Assembly: GCA_029856365.1 (NCBI GenBank)
Contig: JAHQWW010000086.1
Span: 1-15,425 of the forward strand
Direction: 5' to 3'
Source of the DNA: Candidatus Hodarchaeota archaeon
Lineage (GTDB): Archaea > Asgardarchaeota > Heimdallarchaeia > Hodarchaeales > Hodarchaeaceae
DNA: 15,425 nt
In this document: in pieces, positions 8,784 to 15,425 of the stretch
Numbering within the stretch: position 1 is the stretch's first letter
Layout of the letters: every line of letters starts with the position of its first letter
Made by a program: the position numbers and the translations under genes
Notes under the pieces: model-generated
Told to the model about the DNA's origin: nothing
The model's database searches: none
What the model saw: only the letters and a program-made list of their open reading frames with translations

Positions 8784-8899
8784 TTTTCACCAGACGGGAG
8801 GGTTTTTCAGTAGCAATCTTTCAGTTCTTCTTTCCTCAATTTACAGTTTTTTCATTGAAAACAATCTAGTAATTAAGAATTAGAAAATACTACGAATAA

Positions 8900-10321
8900 T
8901 TATGTGGGGGTTTCTCCCTCTATTTCCTCTTCCTCTTCAGTACTTTTCTTTTTGCCAAGAACTAACAAAGATTCTATTCGTAATTCAGACATTTCATCTA
9001 CAGTGAAAACATTATCATCTATTTTAAAAACTTCTTTTTCTATAGGTAATCGGCCGAGTTTCTCTTGAATGAACCCACCAATAGTTACAGAGATATCTGA
9101 CTGAAAATTTGTATTGAAATAGTCATTAAAATCATCTAGCGATGTTTGACCACTTACTTTCGACTCACCTTTGTTTTCATCTGATGTTGTAATTTCAGCT
9201 GGTTCATAGTCATATTCATCTTGGATATCACCAACTAAAAGCTCTAAGATATCTTCTAATGTTATTAATCCTACCACCTCCCCAAATTCATCGACTACAA
9301 TGGCTGAATGACGTTTTGTATTTTGTAATCTTTCTAATAGCAAATCTGCTCGCATTGTTTCGGGTACATAATCAGTTTCTCTCAACAATTGGGAAATGTC
9401 AACTAATTCCTTCTTCTGGTTGATTTCAGTAGAATCTAAGAATAGTTCTAAATAATTCAAAAGATCTTTGGCGTATAGAAAGCCAACGATTTTTTCTCGT
9501 GATTCATCAAAAACAGGGAATCTGGAATGACCTGAATCATTAACAGTCTTTACGATATCTTCAAAATCATCAGTAATAGAAATTGTTCTTATATCATATC
9601 TTGGGGTCATTATCATTCTAACTTGGGTGTCTGGTAAGTCAAATGTCCGTTTTAGGATTGCAGTTTCACTTTCCTCAAGAATCCCTGCTTTTTCTGACTG
9701 TGTGATGAGTAATTTTAACTCATCTTCTGAATGTACACTCCGATGTCCAACAAGAGGTCTAACACCAAACAATGCTAAAATAAGCCAGCCAGTTTGATTG
9801 AAAAGCCAGATTATGGGTTTGAAAATCACAGCAAACCAGTGCAAAGGTTTTGCAACCCATAAACTGGTTCGTTCTGGATACTGAAGAGCCACACTCTTAG
9901 GTGCTAGTTCGCCAAGTACAACATGCATATAAGTAGTCATAGAAAATGCTAATAAGGCACCTAAAGAAAGTCCGCCTAGAAGCACTAAAACTCCTAATTC
10001 ATCTAAGTACGTTATAAATCCTAATGCTTCAAATAGGCTTTCAACGACGGGTTCGATTGAAGCTCCAGCCAAAAATCCTAATGCAAGACTTGCCATTGTT
10101 ATTCCAAGCTGAGTAGCACTGATTACCTCATCTTGATTTTTTATAGCCAGCTGGACGGCTTTTGCTCTTCTACTTCCAGTCTTTCGTACAAGTTCCTCTA
10201 TTCTTGAGGGACGAACACTTACTAAAGCGAATTCGGCGGCCACAAAAAAAGCGTTCATTAATACCAGTAGAAAAGCAAGGATTAAAGCAAAAATAAAACC
10301 GATAATATCAAAATCAGACAT
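8900..10321 (-). CDS. CNNM/CorB (TlyC hemolysin-family) Mg2+ transporter: DUF21 + CBS pair + CorC/HlyC domain
   Basis: NAFFVAAEFALVS, QLGITMASL, GELAPKS, MTPR, HSRFPV, VVDEFG...TLEDILELLVGDIQDEYD and TIGGFI motifs. Confidence 0.95.
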   Translation of the reverse strand: MSDFDIIGFIFALILAFLLVLMNAFFVAAEFALVSVRPSRIEELVRKTGSRRAKAVQLAIKNQDEVISATQLGITMASLALGFLAGASIEPVVESLFEALGFITYLDELGVLVLLGGLSLGALLAFSMTTYMHVVLGELAPKSVALQYPERTSLWVAKPLHWFAVIFKPIIWLFNQTGWLILALFGVRPLVGHRSVHSEDELKLLITQSEKAGILEESETAILKRTFDLPDTQVRMIMTPRYDIRTISITDDFEDIVKTVNDSGHSRFPVFDESREKIVGFLYAKDLLNYLELFLDSTEINQKKELVDISQLLRETDYVPETMRADLLLERLQNTKRHSAIVVDEFGEVVGLITLEDILELLVGDIQDEYDYEPAEITTSDENKGESKVSGQTSLDDFNDYFNTNFQSDISVTIGGFIQEKLGRLPIEKEVFKIDDNVFTVDEMSELRIESLLVLGKKKSTEEEEEIEGETPT

Positions 10322-10544
10322 ATTATTTCGGTTTGCTCCGACTAAGACTTAAATCTTCATTATGGTGGCTTTATTAGGCAATTGAGTATTGATTGCTGCA
10401 GTCAAATGGACTTATCTGATTAGTGAAAATGACTTGAATCCGTTTTTTTAAGATTTTTTCTTATATCTGAATTAAGTAGTAAGAAGTTCAGGTAAGTAAG
10501 TTAATTCTTTCTTGAAAAATATTCTCTAGAGAAATCATGCTAGC

Positions 10545-10563
10545 AAAAAAGGAGAAAAAGGAA
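10545..10563 (-). terminator. Pyrimidine/oligo-T tract downstream of the thiolase
   Basis: The minus strand reads TTCCTTTTTCTCCTTTTTT, about 11 nt after the thiolase stop. Confidence 0.5.
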
Positions 10564-10574
10564 GTGTTTGGTTT

Positions 10575-11861
10575 TTATATACGTTCAACCACAGTAGCGA
10601 TTCCCACACCCCCACCACCGCATAATGCCTGAATGCCATAACGTTTTTTCTCATTTACCAGATAGTGAGCCATATCACAAAAATAATGTGTTCCTGAGGA
10701 ACCAATTGCATGACCAGTCGCTATTGCTCCTCCATAAGGATTAACACGTGGATCATCAAATGCATACCCAAAATGTTTTGCAAAAGCGAGACAAGGTGAG
10801 GCAAATGCTTCATTTGGTTCAATACAATCCATATCTTTCATCTCAAGCCCTGATCTTTTCAATGCGCGTTCTTGCGCTGGAATAGGCCCTGTTAACATTA
10901 ACATTGGGTCATCACCAGCAACTGCTGTTGAAAGAATCCGAACCATGGGTTTCAAACCGAGCTCATCAGCTTTATCTTGAGACATAAGCATAACTGCTGA
11001 TGCGCCATCTGTTATTTGTGATGAATTTCCTGCAGTAACTTTTCCATCATCAGGTCTAAAAACTGGAGGAAGGGCTTGCATTTGAGTCCATGCAGTGTTT
11101 GGATCATCAAGAGCAATTGTACGAACTGTTTGATCTTCTGTCACTTTTTTAGTTTCAAATGCTCCATCTGGATTTTCTATTGTCACTTCAAATGGTACAA
11201 TACGCTTCTCATAGTTTTCTTTATCCCTCATTGCCTTAGTTGCTTTTTGGTGGCTCCACAAACCGAATTTATCCATCTCTTCTCTAGTTAAACCATATTT
11301 TTCTGCTACTAATTCTGCGGACTCACCTTGAACAAAACTCATACGTTCTTGAAGGTCGGCCATACGGGTCTCTGACATATGACAATAAATATTATCCACT
11401 GGATACATAAAACCTACCTGAATGTCGATTCCCATGGGGTAATGTGTGAGGTTTTCAACTCCTGCTGCTATCATAATATCTCCATCACCTACCTTAATGG
11501 CGTTTGCGCATGTATTCACCGCCTGTAATCCTGCATTACAATATCTATTAACTGTTGCAGCAGCCACAATATCAGGAATGTTTTTTGCCATCAGCTGGGC
11601 AACCCGAGCGACATTACCTCCTTGATCACCAATTTGTGTTAAAATACCAACATGAACATCCTCGATTTCATGAGTATCAAACGAACTGGATTGGGTTTGT
11701 ACTCTCTCAACTAGGATCTCCAACACACCTGCTAACATATCTTGTGACGACATATTCCTGTAATATCCTCCAAATTTCGACATTTGAGCCCGAGAAGATT
11801 TTCCCATTGGTAAACGAATCGCATCAACAACAACGCAATCTCTTTGTTCTTTATTTCCCAT
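10575..11861 (-). CDS. Thiolase (acetyl-CoA C-acyltransferase, FadA/AtoB-like)
   Basis: Catalytic motifs NRYCNAG, NEAF, GHAIG and CGGGGVG, plus VTAGNSSQITDGA. GAGGA SD upstream. Confidence 0.95.
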   Translation of the reverse strand: MGNKEQRDCVVVDAIRLPMGKSSRAQMSKFGGYYRNMSSQDMLAGVLEILVERVQTQSSSFDTHEIEDVHVGILTQIGDQGGNVARVAQLMAKNIPDIVAAATVNRYCNAGLQAVNTCANAIKVGDGDIMIAAGVENLTHYPMGIDIQVGFMYPVDNIYCHMSETRMADLQERMSFVQGESAELVAEKYGLTREEMDKFGLWSHQKATKAMRDKENYEKRIVPFEVTIENPDGAFETKKVTEDQTVRTIALDDPNTAWTQMQALPPVFRPDDGKVTAGNSSQITDGASAVMLMSQDKADELGLKPMVRILSTAVAGDDPMLMLTGPIPAQERALKRSGLEMKDMDCIEPNEAFASPCLAFAKHFGYAFDDPRVNPYGGAIATGHAIGSSGTHYFCDMAHYLVNEKKRYGIQALCGGGGVGIATVVERI

Positions 11862-11957
11862 AAGAATTCCTCATTAACATCAATTTCGACGTTGCTTTGA
11901 TTTTAAGACATTTTTATTTATATTTTTTCCATAATACCCGAAAGTAACTAAAAAACA

Positions 11958-11976
11958 ACTATTTTGAAAAAATAGT
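11958..11976. promoter_or_regulatory. 8-3-8 inverted repeat in the divergent thiolase/pfkB promoter region
   Basis: ACTATTTT-GAA-AAAATAGT. Confidence 0.35.
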
Positions 11977-12076
11977 AACAATATTTCTTGAGGTAAGATT
12001 CTAGACTTTAATTAAGGAATACGATAAAACAAAAAATAATCCATTATACGAAAATGGAAGTCCAAAGTGATAGAGA

Positions 12077-13114
12077 ATGCTTTCAATAGACTTTGAAACA
12101 GCTTCAACTAAGATAAAACAATTAAAAATGACTGTTCTACCTGATTTTTATCTTGATATCATTATAGATCCAAGAATGTCATATGATCAGTTAATACAAG
12201 GGATCCAAACCGTCTATTCAAGAGGAGGTGGCAATCTTCTTGGACCAGAAGCCCAATTCATAGCAGGTGGAAATGGAGGAAATGTAGCTAAAACGTTAGG
12301 GGGTTTAGGCGTTCCGACTACTTTTTTATGTGAAACTTCTCATCTAGGTAAACAGCTGGTTGAATTTTTCCTACACCCACTTGGAGTAAAGACATTAATA
12401 TCTACATCAGGCAAAATGGCTAGCTCAGTAATACTCGAAATTCCCCATGATACGGACAAACATAATGTAATGTTCTGTTCCTCGGGGAGTGTTGCAGATT
12501 TCTCTTCAGACAAATTAACACCTAAACAATGGCGGACACTCAAAGATAGTCATGTTATTGCAATAACCAATGCTCAAAACTATCAGATGGAAGATCTAGT
12601 GGAGGTTATTCTGACAGAGGTCCCACCTTCTATCATCGTATCAGTCGACTTTTCCGACTTAACACCTCATCTTAAACGAATAGATGGATTTCGAGAACGA
12701 ATCCTTGAACACCGAATGCGACCTCCCTCATTCATTACTGGAAATGAAACGGAACTTCAATTACTAGCTAAGAAACCCAATCTAACACCAGAAGAAGCCA
12801 TTGAACAGTTATCCCTCACATATCCAGAAATTTTATTTGGATTACACATGGCGAATAAAGCCGAAGTCTGGAAAAATGGTAAACAACAAGCTCTTGAGCC
12901 TTGTTTTAAAATTTCAGTCCTTAAAGCAACGGGTGCAGGGGACAATTGGCATGCTGGATTTCTGACAGGATGGCAACTAGGGATGACAATCCCAGAGGCA
13001 ACGAAATTTGCTAATGCAGTTGCAGGATATCAAATATCTACTGGCAAAATAGGCTCATTAGAAAACATTTTCGATTTTATTGCTACTACACCTCAATATA
13101 ATTCAATAAAATAA
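12077..13114 (+). CDS. PfkB/ribokinase-family carbohydrate kinase
   Basis: GGNGGNVAKTLGGLG, NETE, ATGAGDNWHAGF (anion hole, catalytic Asp) and FANAVA motifs. Confidence 0.92.
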   Translation: MLSIDFETASTKIKQLKMTVLPDFYLDIIIDPRMSYDQLIQGIQTVYSRGGGNLLGPEAQFIAGGNGGNVAKTLGGLGVPTTFLCETSHLGKQLVEFFLHPLGVKTLISTSGKMASSVILEIPHDTDKHNVMFCSSGSVADFSSDKLTPKQWRTLKDSHVIAITNAQNYQMEDLVEVILTEVPPSIIVSVDFSDLTPHLKRIDGFRERILEHRMRPPSFITGNETELQLLAKKPNLTPEEAIEQLSLTYPEILFGLHMANKAEVWKNGKQQALEPCFKISVLKATGAGDNWHAGFLTGWQLGMTIPEATKFANAVAGYQISTGKIGSLENIFDFIATTPQYNSIK

Positions 13115-13150
13115 TTAATAATTATATTTCATTCGATTTAAGAAATACAC

Positions 13151-13169
13151 TGAAATAGATTCTATTTCA
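13151..13169. repeat. Perfect 9-1-9 inverted repeat between pfkB and the GAPDH-like gene
   Basis: TGAAATAGA-T-TCTATTTCA. Confidence 0.7.
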
Positions 13170-13387
13170 AAGCATTTTCTTATCTAATAGAGGATAATTT
13201 TTTATTAATGCCATATTTTCAGAGAAAAACTCAATTGAAGAGAGATTTTTTCTTCACCCCTATGAGCGATACAGTTTATCATATGGATTTATATTGATGT
13301 AAGAAATAACGGTTGACATTGATATAATTGAGCTAGCAGCTTCTGTTGCACAAAGACATACCATTTTTCAAGTTTCGAGGTCTTGCT

Positions 13388-14494
13388 ATGTTAAATAATG
13401 GTAATACCGTTTTAATTGTAGGCACAGGTACTATTGGTGAACCATTAACGGGCCTTTTAGCGGCCTTATCAAAGGAATTAGGAATTGACGAGCTTATATT
13501 TTATAAACACACACCTAGGTTAACTGATCGGCCCATGATCCGGGGTTTACTTAAAAAGGGAGCCCATATGTGCTGTCAGATAGAGAAGTTTAATAAGTTC
13601 CGTGAAATTGGAGTTGAACCAACCTATACCTTTGAAGACGCCTTGGCAAAGGCTACTGTAGTAGTTGATTGCTCAACTGAAGGAATGGGAGTTAGAAATC
13701 GATTCCTATTCTATGAAAACGTAAAAGAAGATGTTAGAGCCTTTTTAGCACAAGGATCTGAACATGGCTTTGGCATCCCTTATGGTGTTGGATTGAATGA
13801 TAGTGTCCTTCATAGAGATAACTCTCAGTTCCTACAAGTCGTTAGTTGCAATACTCATGCAGCATCTAGAATACTAAAAGACTTAGCATTTGATCAGGAT
13901 AGAAAAAGTATTCTAAGTGAAGCACGTTTTGTCTTTATGAGAAGAGCCACGGATGTCTCCCAAACTGGTAAATTTATTGCTGGGCCATCCGTGGGAAAAC
14001 ATAAGGATCAAACTTTTGGAACACATCACGCAAAAGACGTCTATCGTTTGTATTCAACTCTTGGCTATCACCTTAATGTGTTTTCTAGTGCTATTAAGTT
14101 AAATACTCAGTATATGCATACTTCCTTTTTTAATTTGGTATTAGATAAGGAGAAAGCATTATCCTTAGATGAGGTTATTCAAAAATTCTGCGACGATCCT
14201 TATGTTGCAGTAACAAATAAAACAGACGCGAATGTGATTTTCAGCTTTGGTAGAGAATATGGCCACTTTGGACGGATTCTCAATCAATTAGTGGTTGTTT
14301 TACCTAGCTTAATGGTTCGTCAAAGTGAGCTCTTCACTGATAAAGTAGAGATAGTGGGATATTCTTACACTCCACAGGATGGGAATTCCCTCTTAAGCTC
14401 GACATCAGCAGTAGCATACTTTTTAGATCCTGATAATGTTGAACTAGGTGAACCACTCACGTGTCTTAAACCTTTTATGTTCACAGAAGTATAA
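13388..14494 (+). CDS. Divergent class II (archaeal-type) GAPDH-like NAD(P)-dependent dehydrogenase
   Basis: Rossmann VLIVGTGTIG, AQGSE, catalytic VVSCNT, RRATD, HHAKDV and QYMH motifs. GAGG before ATG 13388 favours it over TTG 13346. Confidence 0.8.
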   Translation: MLNNGNTVLIVGTGTIGEPLTGLLAALSKELGIDELIFYKHTPRLTDRPMIRGLLKKGAHMCCQIEKFNKFREIGVEPTYTFEDALAKATVVVDCSTEGMGVRNRFLFYENVKEDVRAFLAQGSEHGFGIPYGVGLNDSVLHRDNSQFLQVVSCNTHAASRILKDLAFDQDRKSILSEARFVFMRRATDVSQTGKFIAGPSVGKHKDQTFGTHHAKDVYRLYSTLGYHLNVFSSAIKLNTQYMHTSFFNLVLDKEKALSLDEVIQKFCDDPYVAVTNKTDANVIFSFGREYGHFGRILNQLVVVLPSLMVRQSELFTDKVEIVGYSYTPQDGNSLLSSTSAVAYFLDPDNVELGEPLTCLKPFMFTEV

Positions 14495-15012
14495 AGATTT
14501 AGTTCTTTACAGCGGTACATAATGTTTAAAGACTAATTAAGGAAACGCTATGGTTAAAAAAATATGATTTCAGAATTTTGCATGAAAAGGTAAATATTTG
14601 TTTAACTTTAGATAAACTAGTTTTCTTGTTGGAAAAATTAGATTAAATCAATCTAGTGCTATTTCTGATTTGAATCAATTAGTTCCTCATTAATTACAAA
14701 CATTTAATTTGAATATGTGACTAATAATTCGAAATAAAAAGTATTAATTCGGATAATTTATCTAGAGAATTTGGTTAAATAAATAAAGCCCCATGAAGAC
14801 TATAAACATGCTAAAAAAAAACATCAACACAAAAATGCAACTAGAGAGGTTCTCATAGTAATATGACTACCTAAATACTTCTGAAATTAACAATATAATA
14901 TATTATCTTTCTCCCTTATAACTCAAAATTCGAGAAGTAACTTCTAAAAGAATAAAATCAAACTTTATAAGATCTCTCGCAGTTTCTTATGAAACTAGTA
15001 GATGAATAATAC

Positions 15013-15040
15013 TCCCAACAGCAATCAACTGCTGATGGGG
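15013..15040 (+). promoter_or_regulatory. Hairpin overlapping the putative RBS of the last gene
   Basis: TCCCA-A-CAGCA / loop ATCAAC / TGCTG-A-TGGGG. The 3' arm ends 7 nt before ATG 15048. Confidence 0.4.
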
Positions 15041-15047
15041 ACTGAAA

Positions 15048-15425
15048 ATGAATATCTTGAGAAAAAATCAACCAGTAATAGGTTCATTGACCATTCTTCT
15101 TGTGATTATACTTGGTTGCATACCAACACAACTAATAACGTCAATTTCCCCAAAGGAAACACTGCGAGAAGGTGGGACTGGTATTAACCCTCTCAAGGAG
15201 TCAATGGTCGAAGTACCAAGATTAATGGAGAAATCTGGTATTGATTCTGTTCCTGACTCAATTGAAGCTTCATACGAGGATCGCTCAACACCTAATTTTG
15301 CTATTGGAAGTCAAACTGGAACTGGAAAAAATTATGAGGGATATGATACAGTGAACATTTCGTCCTCCGAATCGTTAACGTTAGCAGACACGTCAACAAC
15401 ACCAGACGTTCATGATGATTCATTT
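15048..15425 (+). CDS. Secreted/surface protein, N-terminal part (3'-truncated; not in ORF track)
   Basis: 126 open codons run to the window end: MNILRKNQPVIGSLTILLVIILGCIPTQLITSISPKE...DTSTTPDVHDDSF. Signal-peptide-like N-terminus followed by a Ser/Thr/acidic region. Confidence 0.8.
   Translation, partial: MNILRKNQPVIGSLTILLVIILGCIPTQLITSISPKETLREGGTGINPLKESMVEVPRLMEKSGIDSVPDSIEASYEDRSTPNFAIGSQTGTGKNYEGYDTVNISSSESLTLADTSTTPDVHDDSF

Noticed and set aside
7153-8883. Short ORFs antisense to the LLM and VIT1 genes
   Set aside because: Shadow ORFs.
10522-10533. 12-bp palindrome TTCTCTAGAGAA
   Set aside because: A single short AT-rich instance. TCTAGA cores recur in the window, but by eye I cannot link them to the MTase or to a regulator.
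11076-12945. Short ORFs antisense to thiolase and pfkB
   Set aside because: Shadow ORFs.
13313-13328. TTGACA and TATAAT hexamers
   Set aside because: They are only 4 nt apart (sigma70 needs about 17) and the context is archaeal.
15000-15047. Possible fluoride riboswitch (GCTGATG)
   Set aside because: It lacks the 5' GGCGATGG-type pseudoknot segment, and the downstream gene is not fluoride-related.
15002-15187. 61-aa ORF from the track
   Set aside because: It overlaps the longer signal-peptide ORF starting at 15048 in another frame.
1-15425. CRISPR array, tRNA, IS element or prophage
   Set aside because: No regularly spaced repeats, cloverleaf motifs, transposase/integrase genes or terminal repeats were seen.

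Overview
AT-rich, gene-dense archaeal chromosomal window. GGTGA/GAGG ribosome-binding motifs, oligo-T terminators, a class II GAPDH-like gene and a TIGR00267-like VIT1 gene support this. Gene style suggests an Asgard/Heimdallarchaeia-like lineage, but that is inference only. In order it holds: the 3' part of an M42 (TET) aminopeptidase; an orphan N4/N6 DNA methyltransferase; an uncalled 43-aa Lys/Glu-rich 11-mer-repeat microprotein; a DUF3467-like protein ending in a proteasome-docking-type HbYX motif (YYG); an APC/CCC-like transporter with a USP-like tail; a secreted unknown; a two-Cys fRMsr-like GAF protein; an LLM-class oxidoreductase; a VIT1/CCC1 plus CNNM/CorB metal-transport pair; a thiolase; a PfkB kinase; a strongly divergent class II GAPDH-like dehydrogenase; and the 5' end of an uncalled secreted protein. 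I saw no tRNA, rRNA, CRISPR array or mobile element. The best leads are the HbYX-tailed small protein, the hidden microprotein, and the PfkB plus atypical GAPDH pair with a perfect 9-1-9 palindrome between them. All family calls come from motif recognition by eye; no searches were run.
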